DNA of 64,000 bases, taken from Phallusia mammillata. Taxonomy: Eukaryota. Below the pieces are notes generated by a model. The model saw nothing but the letters and a program-made list of their open reading frames with translations, had not been told where the DNA came from and searched no databases. Location: assembly GCA_965637545.1 (NCBI GenBank), contig OZ281495.1, forward strand, positions 22,878,001-22,942,000, in the 5' to 3' direction. The position numbers and the translations under genes are program-made. Positions 24,101-35,900 of this stretch are shown here, piece after piece (position 1 is the stretch's first letter; the number at the start of each line of letters is the position of its first letter).

Positions 24101-25524
24101 TTGCGGCGACGCTTTCAATTAAACCGCAAAGGTATTTTGATTTTATCTCATTCGCTTTTGTGGAGCAAACGCACACAGCCGGCGGACTACGGACTCGGAG
24201 AGGTAAAGGAAAACAGTACGAAGATTTGAGTGGCGGACGAGAAAATGTCTTTGGTGAAGTTTAGGTCTGACGCACGACACTTTCCGCTTATCACTGCGGA
24301 TCCTTCAAATAAATTGACAGCTTGCTCAAGAAGGCCGCGTTGTGGCCGAATCGGAAACCGACTTAACACCCTCGAGGTGCAACGCCCAATGAATCGAAGC
24401 ACTTAAAGTAAAATCCTAATTGCGGACGGATCACCGTTCGGCGACGGTCAACATCCCGAGTATAATCCTCCGTTTGGTGACTACACCATTTCTGAAGACA
24501 ACTTATTTCCGATTTCGCCAGCTAATCGCATTTGCTGCGATGGGACAACAAAACGCTCGTTACCGCAGTTGCCTTGGGCCGCTTGCGATCGAACGATATG
24601 AGACGATCGTCATTTATTTACCTCCCAAACAGCGACGACATGCACCTATTTGCGAAGCTGTGCACAAAGTATAGCAATCATAGTGATTTGCTCACAAAGT
24701 GTTCATACATTGATCACTGCACTCAGTGGATTGATTCATGAGTATTTGAGATCAGCATTTGGGTGATCGAAAACCCCAGGCAATGAATTTCAGAACTCTC
24801 AACTTGTAAAGATGGTATCTCAGGGCTATGTACTTCGTGGTTAATAGAGCATCCGCTATGCATACCATTTTCTGGGCTAATTCGTTTAATCTTTCTGCTG
24901 ATACGATTTTATACACAGCTGCAGTGTAAGTTGACTCATTCAGTTTTGCGGGAAATTTAATACAGACGACTTTAGAAAACCCGGTTAAGTGTTGCCGAAG
25001 TTTGGTGCAGAATTGCCCAGCTTTATCGCACCCTTGCTCTAAAACCCTAACCACCACAGCATTGCGCTGAGATAACAAAGTTGTATGCACTCAAAGGGCG
25101 CAATTGCTTCCATGAAAGAGGAAAATGAAGGGATCTATCTTTAATGAGATCTCACTTTCTGTTTGAAGTTTCGCATGAATGAAGATTATCCGGCCAATGT
25201 TTATTTAGATTTCGCGACTCGTCGATGTCGGGCGCCGTGAGCACAATAACTTTTCGGCAGCGTTTAGCAAAACAGCTTAGCTAAATACATCATATGCCAC
25301 AAATAGCAACAAAGAATTACTGTATATTAAGTACAAAGCCATTCTTTATGGGCACTACGTGTATATATGGAAATAAAGTATAAAAGTGAAACTAGCGATG
25401 CGTCATACCTGTTATTTCGGCGAGCTTGTCGTCTTGTCCTTTTGGCAGAAAATGCAGAGTCAATATTAGCTGCAACCAACAGTGTAGCGAAAACCAACAT
25501 GCAAGTCGTCCGTGAGAAGTTCAT
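9151..25524 (-). CDS. EMID1/COL26A1-like secreted multidomain collagen: signal peptide-EMI-CxNC coiled coil-collagen-MAM-VWC-acidic linker-5 Kunitz-collagen-coiled coils
   Basis: Minus-strand exons: 25409-25524 (signal peptide MNFSRTTCMLVFATLLVAA), 22304-22378, 21431-21622 and 20954-21057 (EMI, ending EWRCCPGFSGENC), 19306-19367 (VCYNCSKVEQLNQRIDDL), 18481-18826, 18360-18422, 18114-18299 (Gly-X-Y), 16691-17440 (MAM), 15475-15684 (VWC), 14414-14620, 13312-13512, 12880-13113, 12351-12569, 11920-12165, 11529-11759 (five Kunitz), 10815-10948, 10547-10582 (Gly-X-Y), 10328-10360, 10071-10251, possible micro-exon 9939-9958, 9757-9877 (IASLQSRIVFLEHQF), 9392-9504, 9151-9195. Splice phases are compatible throughout except at the 10071/9877 junction. 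Automated annotation might split this into two genes. Confidence 0.8.
9757..10948 (-). other. Second collagen segment and C-terminal coiled coils of the EMID1/COL26A1-like gene
   Basis: GPPGAKGEKGARGARGPRGRPG, GPRGPRGPPGRK, heptad-like VSRRLQKLDRKV...VRNRLSSLE and IASLQSRIVFLEH, which resembles the LAERVLILE motif of vertebrate COL26A1/EMID1. Confidence 0.75.
11529..13512 (-). other. Array of five Kunitz/BPTI domain exons
   Basis: Each exon has six Cys with the FxYGGCxG pattern. Reactive-site segments in transcript order: GPCRGRF, RPCNDTE, GPCKALM, GPCKGSL, GPCKAGL. The second domain (12880-13113) is absent from the ORF track. Confidence 0.92.
14751..15249. mobile_element. hAT-type MITE, 499 bp, intronic
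   Basis: TIR CAGGGAGTCGAACC...GGTTCGACTCCCTG; perfect 8-bp TSD GTTTTAAC (14743-14750 and 15250-15257); many subterminal (C)GGTTC repeats. Confidence 0.92.
15475..15684 (-). other. VWC (chordin-type cysteine-rich) domain exon
   Basis: CISNGQVYAEGDLWKVANCEECLCLDGETICFEILCPSLNSC...GYCCEVC; phase 1-1 exon. Confidence 0.9.
16691..17440 (-). other. MAM domain exon with long acidic/basic insertions
   Basis: ISCDFDEE start, CMTFRY, WERGTVPL, FQAIFEA, VSIDNVVFSAC end; 750-nt phase 1-1 exon. Confidence 0.85.
18114..18826 (-). other. First collagen (Gly-X-Y) segment
   Basis: Three exons of continuous Gly-X-Y, ending GPPGPPGSPGVCDC. Confidence 0.92.
20954..21622 (-). other. EMI domain exons
   Basis: GRYCAYPTTKLVPQRYVNGSQTYLKRVVSHCPWSALYCNPKVSY...EWRCCPGFSGENC fits the EMI consensus (C...NGS...C.W...C...WRCCPG(Y/F)xGxxC). 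Confidence 0.88.
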
Positions 25525-27013
25525 GACTATGACCTTGCCAGCGTTCCACGCAATATAAAATCCGGCCTTTCTGACAGTCAGCAAATACCAGTGATCGAAG
25601 CCCAGGAACTCTTATCAATCTTACCAGCGACCGGAACAAATGAACTCTGAAACTTCGAAAGGTGTAGGTTACGCCCTCGGCAACTTGCACGCCGCGCAGC
25701 CGCCGGTGACTTGGAAACACCGCCGTTCGGGTTTCAAAGGCCCGTTCAACTGATTTCCGTGCCTTTCGTTCTTTCTGTGGTGTGCGATTCACAATTCTGA
25801 GCCTGGAACTATTACTAGACCAGTCAAACCACACGAGCACAAATCTAGTGACCTGTCTTTGCCAAGTAGCTCCTCTCTCTTTTTCTCTGTTTCTCCATTC
25901 ACAAGTCTTTTGTTAAGCCTTCTTTACCACTCTCTTTTTTGATAAGCTTTAAAAGTTTCGCGCCAGCCTTTTGAGTCAACAAGGGCCCTGTTTGCTGTTT
26001 GGCGGAAACTTAAAATAATACATCGGCGCAGTGTCAAAGCGACTGAATATATTTTTGCATGTTCTTTCACCTACTCCTAGTCGATAAAACGCAACCAACT
26101 CACAAACTCAATCAGTTCAAATGATAAACAGCGTCACACTGCCGACTACGCGCTTTATCAACCAAACGTCGTATATATGTTTGCCATGAGTAAATATTTT
26201 ACTAATCGAAGCTGCAGTTTCATATAAGTTGTATGAACAGTTGACGGGAATACACCTAGTTCAGCCACTGTCATGTTGAGCTGACTGAATTGAAACTGAC
26301 TTATCCCACGACCCGTCAACCGATTACGACCCGACACAGCTACCTTTTTTTACTTGTCTGATCGCATGGACTTGAGGCAGCAGTAGTTCAAACTCAAAAA
26401 GCAAATCAGAGGTTGACGAATTTCTTGGCAAGTCGCTGGCCAAGACAGTCCTTGGTAGTATATTTCTCCCAACTGTTTGGTACAAAAAATCCATGTCAGT
26501 CCACAGAGTCGACCCAATATAGCTTTTGTAGGTTTGTGGTCAAATTTAACAATCCTTGGAGTTCTACATTCTATATGCTTAATTGTTCGCCTATCTTAAC
26601 TTAATTATTCTTTGCCTAATTTTTCTGAAACCGAACATTTGTTATTCGTGCTTGTCTGCCTGATGGCGAGTTCGTGGTGATTCAACCGACGTTGCGTAAC
26701 TGCCAAACACAAATACTACTCATTTCCGCACTGACTTTCTACATTTAACACAGGATATTGAGAATTCGACCCAGAAGACTGGAGTAACAGGTGGAGGCGT
26801 AGGTATCTGCATAGCGTTCTGTTCGTGACTACAAACTCGCTGACAACACAATGTAGCTTTGCGAGGTTTTCTATTTGTTTTGTGTATAGTTCTTGCTCCC
26901 TAATTCTACATTAAAAAAGTGAAAATGTTTTGAACAAAAATTGCATTTACAAAACGCCAAATTCACAAGGATTTTGAAAGCATCCATTTACTTCAACCTT
27001 ATTGCCATCAGTG

Positions 27014-27497
27014 GGCCTGTTTACATGCACAATTTTACTCGGGTAAGTTTACTCGGTAAAATTTACCCTGCTTTTATTTAAAAGAAATAAACAAATTTAG
27101 GTAAATTGCAGGATAACACTTGACAACTTTAACCGGTTAAGTTTGGTGGGTAAAATTTAAAACCTATACCGGGTAAATTTTACCGAATGATTTTTCACGC
27201 AGACTGTGGATTTACATGGAGCAATGATTTTCAAAAACTTGTCAGTGACTTTAACGACTGACAAACGCCATTGATTTCGCCTTGTCAGAATAACTCTATG
27301 ACAAAAAGGTTGTGTTGTTTTATTACAGTTAAAAGTTTGAATACCTAGACAAAACGCAATAGACGAAAGGGCTAAAAATGTTTTTGTATCTTTAAAACAG
27401 AAGAATACATGAAAGAAGAAAGTGATTCAGGAAGTACCACCGCTAACTTAAATTCCGCGAGTGAATCTTGAAATTTTCCCGCTCATGTGAACAGGCT
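27014..27497. mobile_element. PIF/Harbinger-like MITE
   Basis: Imperfect TIRs GGCCTGTTTACATG / CATGTGAACAGGCT; internal GGTAAA(A)TTTACC repeats; no clean TSD. Confidence 0.55.
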
Positions 27498-30400
27498 TAA
27501 TTGGGATGTATTCACCAAAGTTCAGTGGAGGAAAATTAAATGTTGTTGGGATGAATGTGCATTAATACTGAATCTTTCCTATTAAAGTTTCCCAGTGTAT
27601 TATATTTTATTTGGTAGGGATACGCGCTACGCAGTTTATGGATTAATAAGCCCACCACGCAAGTGTGAAATAAAGTTCATGGTGGTAATTCATTCACAGA
27701 ATATCGCTTTGATTTGCACGATTTTTCCACATAAGGCTTTGTGATTTGCTATTGCGACAAAAAGTTATTTTGAAACGCAACGCATGCGCGCGACCTGCAT
27801 TTTAATTTTGCGGAAGGTCACGAAGCAGGTGCGTAATGCGTCAGTTTTTCCCTTGAAGTTTCCAATCTTCACTCGCATTTGCATTTGTCCCTTTCCCCAT
27901 ACATTCCCTTGGTGACGTCATTAATGGGGAGGAAGGCTTCCTGACGCGACGGGGTGACGATGTCATAACAAGTCGAACCCATCCGGGAAAACTTCAGAAA
28001 GCTGGTACTTCCTTTGTGAGTTCGGTGCTTTTGTAGGCTGATATGAGCAAGAAATTCTCGGAATAAAGAAGTTTGCCCTACGCGGCAAATGTGATGATTC
28101 AGCTTTGGCCTATGTCCTTCACCGTTTACTGCAACCATTTGGTGAACTAACTACAATGAAACGTAAACTGTTATCTGCGATGGCAACGTTCTTATTCTCC
28201 ACATGTCCTGCAAGGTCTGACATTTCTCCTTAGGTTCATGACGTATGCACTAACTATGGCACGTTACGCATACGAAGATTATGGCAACGAAAACATCACA
28301 ACTCCCAGGACATTCATTGATCGCTTATTCGTGAAGAAATAACTGATTTATTTATCTCCCGCCCACCCACATATATCTGACTGCGTTTGTAGCGGTGTGG
28401 TAACGTGCACATTGGTGTTTTATTATTGGTTGCTTAACCCTTTTGAGTGGGTTCAATACGGTGGTTTAGGCAAACAACAGCCGGTAAGAAGAAAATCTTG
28501 CATTACGAATTAATAAAGCGTTCGTCATTTGTCAGTCTGTTCTAAAGTCGTGAAATTTTCTTGGGTTTATCTTTTTGATAAAAAATGCTGTTTAAAGGAA
28601 AGTGGGAACTACTTATATCGCAATGTAAGATAAAAGCTTCGTTCTTCCTTTTATTTTAAATCATTTTTGCTCTACGTTTGTTTTAAGTATTCTGCTCTAC
28701 TTATTTTGCTCTCTAGCGACGTAAGTGTCTTTTAAATGTTTGTAAGGGGTTGGAGGCAATTTTGATAAAAACTTAGTAAACCAAAACCAGGAGCTATTGA
28801 CTTTTGCATAATTTAAATATTTTACATAGTTTAGTCTAAGCAGTCTGAAACAAACATACAAAAGCCTAGACAAAAAGGGAATTGCATTCAGATTTGGTGT
28901 CCGGCAAAGAGAATTGTTGTTGACATGGAAACAGTAAGAGTAAAAGACTTCGTTGGTTTCAACTGTATTTTACTGCAATTTCCAAATCGATTAAATATGC
29001 TGGGCGCAAAGAACATATGTTGGTGAACGTGAGATTGATTAATTAATATAGCCAATTCCACGTAAAATCCGATTTAGGCATTTGTAGCCTTGGATTGAAC
29101 AAAGCGACGAAGCGGAAAAGGGGACATACAAAACCACTGGTACTGTTGTCTATTGTCACTTTAAACCAAAACTATGTACACTCGGTCTTTTTTGGTTTGA
29201 CATGAATGAAACCTTTGTATTGTTGTATCGTATAAGTATAAGTTTCATTTATGTAGGTATTTGTTTAAAGTTGTTTGATTTGACCCAATCTATTGTGGCA
29301 ATGCGACTAGCCAACCCAATTGAGTGGATCGTCTTAATACTTAATTATAGTTTAATATAATACAGATCTACGGATAGTAATGTCCAAACATTATATTTTA
29401 AAAAATAGAAAAGTCATTTTTATAAAACTAGGACGCATTTTATCTTTTCGTTGCGTGGTCTGAACTGCAGTTGTTGACAAAAACGCACATCTATATTTCA
29501 CATATCAAAGTTGTGTTTGTACACTTTTGAATTATACCCACATACTATTGGTTTTTGACTTTTCAATATTGTCCCAGAAAAAATAATCCAAAGCCCCAAA
29601 AGTTCAGAAATGAGTCTAACTGGTGAATAAGGCAATTTATTTCACTAAAAATTATCATTTATATGTGGTTTACGTTTGCAAAGTTATTGAGACTTGGCAT
29701 TGTGCTAGTGGTTTTCAATATTCAGCATGCAGGAGGAATCAGTGATGTAACGTAAAAATACATCGCAAGCTCGATTATTTGCGTTCTGGGACAGCTGCGT
29801 GTTTTTGACGGATTGTTTCATTTCAGCCAACTGATCATTCATCGCAGTGTCAAATGCACCTGAATCTAAACGAACCTCCAAAACAAATGGAAAAAACAGC
29901 ATTATAGCAAGCCTCCGCAGCCATGACCATTTTGGTCGATTTACGCGCTTGGCAAAGAAGTCAATATCTTTCTGTCGAATCCACCTGTGTACAATTACAA
30001 CACACCAAATCGATATACATGGCCTATTAGGTAAGTACCAACGCGAACTCTATTCTACCAAGTTGGGACGTTTTTTTACGGACATTAGAATCTACCCAAA
30101 CCTAAATTTGCACTGTTATGTTTATCTTGTTACCCAACAACTTTTAGTTTTTGTGTGAAAAAGAAGAAAACAAGGCGTGCTTGGTGGGCAAAATAACCAA
30201 ATGAGACCTTATGCAAAAACTGTGACAAATATGAAATTATTGGCATAGTACAGCTTAGCAGTCATCACGGTTGAATTTTTTTGAAACAGAAGACGTCAGC
30301 ACAAATCAAAAAAAGTCCCTACCAAACATCATAAATGGAAATATCTTAAGTTAATGTTGCTAACATTTTAAAGGCATGTATGATATAGACTTTTAAATAC

Positions 30401-30705
30401 ACAAAAACTGCACAATCTTGTACAATTTATTTAGTCGCATTGTGAAATGTAAAACTCCTCTTGAAAAAATGAAACGCGAAATGCACCAGTATGCCGTTTA
30501 TTCACAGTTGTTTTACAGCATTTTTAAATAGCATCAAACACCGACATAAAGCAACAGCAATAGGTCGCGAAGCAAAGAAACAAAACATCATTAACAATCA
30601 AGAAGACCCCGAAACGACAAAAAAGAAACAAAGTGTTTGTTTGTATACAAGAAAAGGTGGATGCGTTTCGGGCAGGCCAACTGAGACAAGTGATCTAATT
30701 ATTCG

Positions 30706-32927
30706 TTACATGTCCCTTGGTTCTTGGTCCAAGCGTTCGAGCACACAACGAAGCATTTCTGGGCCGAGCAGTCCACTTTCTGCAAATATAAATCAAATAT
30801 AGGAAAAAGTGGTTCGATAACAGTCATACGTTGCTGCTTACATGCTTTAGGCAAATTAAGAAAGTCCGAATTATTTTTGTAATGAATGTCATTTTCGACA
30901 CTTGATTAGACAATGTCCCACCAGGCGATCGATGATTGCACAAATCAGCAATCGAATATTAATACACAATTTAATCGTTCGATTCTGTGATGTCAATGCG
31001 CTTATGGTGTCCTTTTATGTGCCGCAAGGGTTAGTGGGTCGAATGTGTCTTACGTAACGTGGCGTATCTTGTGATGGCGGTTGTAAAGGATCGACAAAAT
31101 CATCCATACTTGTCAGTTGGAGATCTTTGCATTTTACCACGGCTAACCCCATGGGGCTGGGCGTTCCGGTCAAATTTGTCAAGTCGACTCAACATCGTTT
31201 GAGGTTCGACAAAAGGATATTGGTCGAAGCCAGAGATTTGAAGCATGTCAACTTACATTAATAATTAATTTTGGGACACCCTAGTCGGCTGCAATTACTA
31301 GACGCAAACCCCGATTGCGTAACAGAAACATGTTTTTGTTTAGCTTATATATTTTGGCCGCGTTATATCTGTCGGATACCGTTATTAAATACTTCGCAAA
31401 GCCGGGGAAAAACTTCTCCTCGCGGCTAATAAGTAAACTGATTTGGTGATTTAATTTTGTTTACTATCTTTTTTGTGTGTTTTGTGGTACATTTTTTTTT
31501 CAACACACAAGCACAACGGAACAAATGCCATACTATATGCTCTTATTTCTCCCGAATTGGATCCCGGCAGTGCAAAATTTCCGTGGGCATGTAAGCCTAA
31601 TATGCTACATCGAACAGTACGAGGTTCGGTACTTAACACTCTCTCCTACCTCTCAGCTTTAGGAACTGAACGAAATCAGAAACCAAGTCATCGGTTTTGA
31701 TCACTCCGCTCCACCCCTCGCCGACCTTTACGCCTGAAAATAACAGAAGGATGAGTCACCACGGCATCACAGGCGATGGGGCTCACATCAAAATCCACTT
31801 ACCCATATCGTCGTCTCCTCGTTTATTGAACAACTTTTGCAGGGCACCTGGTAATGGAAGTGATATTAATTAGTAGCGTATGGTATAGCTACGATCTTGT
31901 CGATGCGTGTCAACCTTTATTAATCCAGTGCAATAATTAAAATTTAATTTTTGTTATATAATTATTTTCTTACCCAATCCTCCGTTATACCCCACGCTGT
32001 TTAGAGTCCATCCTCCTTGTCCGCGAAAACGTTTGGCATTCATACGTTCTACGGCCTATAATAAAACAATGCGGGTAATTTGCAATACTGAAAAACGGTA
32101 TTTTTGTAAAACATTTTTTTAAACATTTTTTTTGTTATTTTAAATTCTCCCACATAGCATTTAAATGTCACTGGAACCACAGCGTTCATTTGCACTTTCC
32201 GCGTTCAATACTTATAAAGTTCACAGCAAAGCATGCTACAAGCGGATAGCGAGTTATGCAAGGTCCATTGCTCGTTGTGCCGCTAATTTGCAGCATCCAA
32301 ATTAAGAGGATGAGCCAAAGCCTTGGGATTACACTGACAAACAAATTACTCAAATTTATCATCCGCATTTTTTACTTCAATTTTTTTTCCCCTTTTGATA
32401 GCTATTTAGGACATCAGATATAAATGACATCTTGCCAAAGTTTGACTTTGCCAAAGTTTAGAGTGTAGGTCGGCATTGGGAAATATTTACGTATCAAATA
32501 ACTCAACCTCACTCTCTACTCCACAAAATCCCCTTAGCCGAAATACCAAGAGTAAATCGTGAAAAATTGTCCAAATGGCATTTTGCTACATTTAAAGTTT
32601 ACAATATAAAAAATTTGGAAATAAAAACCATCCACAAACACAGTGCTTTACCAGACCAACAATGTAAAAAATACTGTCGTGAGAGTTGCAAATCTTTCAT
32701 CAACCGTAAGACAGTACGTATAGGTTTCAGAAAATATTTTTCGGATCCAAATTTTAAGAAAACATTTATGCCCATGTTGTGGCAAAATTGTAGTGCAGAT
32801 GGCATACTCTGATCAGGTGTGCATAAATTAAAGCATTTCACCTTACCTCTGATTTTGATGAAAGCATAAGTGTCATAAGGATGACAAAGCAAACTGTGGC
32901 GGTTGAAAGAGATGTACATGAAGCCAT
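30706..32927 (-). CDS. GALP: Galanin/galanin-like peptide (GALP) neuropeptide precursor, 121 aa
   Basis: Exons 32847-32927, 31974-32055, 31803-31847, 31650-31733, 30706-30779 give MASCTSLSTATVCFVILMTLMLSSKSEAVERMNAKR-FRGQGGWTLNSVGYNGGLGALQKLFN-KR-GDDDMGVKVGEGWSGVIKTDDLVSDFVQFLKLRESGLLGPEMLRCVLERLDQEPRDM*. It has a signal peptide, the GWTLNS galanin core, flanking KR sites and a GMAP-like FLKLRESG motif. Confidence 0.93.
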
Positions 32928-35900
32928 TGCGAGCGCTAAAACAACGTAAAGTTAGTATAATACTGATAGTATAGATATAAGTTATAAGTCCTTTTTAAAT
33001 AAAAAAAAAACTCCGTCCAGTTTAAAACCCAACTTATCTAATGTTAGCTTAAAAAAAAAAAAAAATGAAAACGTTCTCACCTTTAGTTGTTTGTTTAGCC
33101 TTTAAAAAAACTGTTCTTGTCAATGCTGAATGCAGTTACTGCTGACGTATCTCGATTTACAGTGACTTGTACCTTGATACGCGAAGCTTTTAAAGCCAGT
33201 ACTCAGTCTTTTTTCATAACCTTTGTCGAAAAAGGCAAATAATGGCATTTGATTCTTGCGTGCTGGGAATTGACGCGCTTCGTTATGCACACTGTAATTG
33301 TTCTCGTGAACCTTTAGATTACACACAAACCCATTGTAAACCTATTAAGACGGTGGCGAGAATAACGAAGATTGACGTTCCGCTATGGACATTGTGTGAC
33401 ATTCGTTATAGGTTTAATTGATTTTCCGTTTCCATCAAGGTACGTGTACCTCGAAGGGGAGGATTTATACATGACAACAGGTTTGAATTGTAACAAAAAC
33501 ACTGCGGGTGGAAATTAATGACCTTCACCTTGTCAAGGTCTTGCTGTTAAGCAGATTGGCAAATAGAAGTGACCTATTTTAATGGTTTTGTTTTATTTTT
33601 AAGCATGGGGTGTATAGGGTGCGAGGTATTGAGTTTGTTTTGATAAAGGTCAGTAGATTCGTTTTTGTTTTAGGGGAAAAGCATGTAATTTAACTTGGCA
33701 CGTACAAGCCTTTGACTTCGAACCGACATGTCATAAACGATCCACCTAATTTTGTGTTGAAAATGCCAACAAGTCAAGGATATAAAAAATTGACATTATA
33801 TACGGCCCTGACAGCACATTAAAGGATTTATAATGATAATTTTATTTAATGCATGGTAAAAAAACACATAAATTCGAGTTTGACAAACAAACGTTTTCCA
33901 ACCTTTAGTTTAAATTTCGCATCGCCAATTCGGTCAAACGTCTAGCCAAAGTAAATGTGGTGGTGTGTTGACAAAATATTTATGATGGTGGGCGAGTTTT
34001 ACCGTAAAATTGTCAGTTGTTTTTTAACTACCTTATCTCCGACGCACAGGCGGGGGGCGAGAAATTTTCGTGACATGCTGTTAAAAATCAGTAGAGCGGC
34101 ATCCTGCACAGTCAATTATTTATTTATTGTTTAGCTGCTTCCCGAACATTGTCACGATGACACCATGTGTGTCTAATTTCACGCAGAGAACCTGTCTTCC
34201 GCTTCGTTGCTGTTTCCCGAAATCTTTACACATAAACCTTGTACAGAAGATGGGCAGCGTCCTTGAGTGAACCGCACAAACATTCCCTTCCCCGCCCTGG
34301 GTATCGCCTCTATTTGCTCGAAGCATATGTGATTTCGATCTGTTCTATTTGTGGTGTCCGCACGCGCAAGCAATATATTATTTTCACCAGCACCTGCGTA
34401 CAAACGTCCTTGAAACGAAAGGGCATCTGCAAATTTGCTGCCCTGTTTCCGTTTTTGTTTAGTCAAGCCAATTACACGTCATATATTATTTTATGTAACC
34501 TACACTAGTTGCCGAGAAAAACACCATGCGTAAGCCTCGGCAAAGCTCCAAAATTTATGAAAAAATTAACATTGCTCATTAGGTTTGTGATTCAAAAATA
34601 TGTTGCCAACAAAATCAAACGGTTGGTTGTAATTTGTGTTGAATTCCAGCTAAAATACTTGTTTCATTTGCTGAACCACCGAATAAAAAGCGGTTAGGCC
34701 TAACCACTAACGGTTTAGTAACTTCGCTTAGTTTTATTTTAAGCACAAAACTAAAATAAATTTTAGGTCAGATAAAAAATGTACAGCCTAATGGGACCTT
34801 GTTAACTAATTTTCCCTTGCTTTTTCAATCCGTTACTGGGTAAGTTATAATTTCCTTCACACGTCCTGAGTGTATCAAGGCCGGATGGCATGATTGTGCC
34901 ACATTTGCAGGGTTTTAACATTTAACGTGCATAAAAGTCAATCAATAATTCGCGCCTGGAGAATTAACCATTCAGTTAGAGACAAAGTGGAACATCAATG
35001 GCGGCATTTCAATCGACTGCTGACGAAATGCAATGTGTTTAAATGTAGATTGGGTAAATTCTTTTTGTGTGTTTAATCAATGTTGTAATTGGTTGTCTAC
35101 TAAGCACTTAATCAGTTCGATTTTTTGATTATTGGAAATACAAAACACAAAGCGTATTTAATTTGCGCCAGTTAACAGTAACAAATTGATTTTGGTACCT
35201 ATATTGTACGGTGCGAATATATTAACCGGCTGTGCGCCTTTTGGGAAACAGTATATCATTATCAGTTGGTTGTATTTCCAATTATCGACACCTTTAAGTA
35301 ACATTTTCATGATGTCAAGAGAAAATATTTAAAGTTTGCTTTAAAGTCAGATTGACTAGTGGTTTACCCCACTGAAAATGTTGCTTATTTGGACAAGTCA
35401 CACATACATTACAAATATGCATTATTAACAATATGTTTGCTAAATTGCCGACGTTTAGAATGTCATTGAAGGGCAATTTGTCTTGTCGGGCCTTAATCAG
35501 GGTTCATTGGTTTCCCATAGGACTTTGGTGGCGTTAGAAACTATTCCCTAAGACGCAATTGTTGACATTATCTCTACGACATCGATATTTCCGTCCCAGT
35601 GTTTTAAATAGTTTACACAAAGCTTAATTCTGTAAAACTGGAATGCTTTTGAAACCTTAATCTATCATAAACATTACGTAAGAATTTACAGCATTTGCAA
35701 ACGGTAGATTGAAGGATAGTTTTAATTTTCTTCCAACTACAGTAGATTTGTGAAAAGTATTTTGTTAATTCAATTTCAGTTTTTTTTAATTCGTGTGCCA
35801 AAGGCGCTGCTTCACACATCACGCTGATAACGTCAGTTGTAATTTTGCTGTTGGTAATCTTTATTTAAAAGGAAAATGAGTTTGCGGTTCGATTGGCTAC

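Noticed and set aside
22573-25090. Several 60-140 aa ORFs in intron 1 of the EMID-like gene
   Set aside because: No shared frame, motifs or consistent splice sites; more likely cis-regulatory intron sequence.
27900-28345. CRE/ETS-rich patch and an exon-like segment (FMTYALTMARYAYEDYG...KK*)
   Set aside because: No upstream exons could be linked, and the only apparent intron would be 19 nt; left as a possible enhancer.
32186-32368. Hydrophobic ORF that looked like the GALP signal peptide
   Set aside because: No suitable in-phase donor; exon 32847-32927 gives a clean signal peptide and a phase-0 junction.
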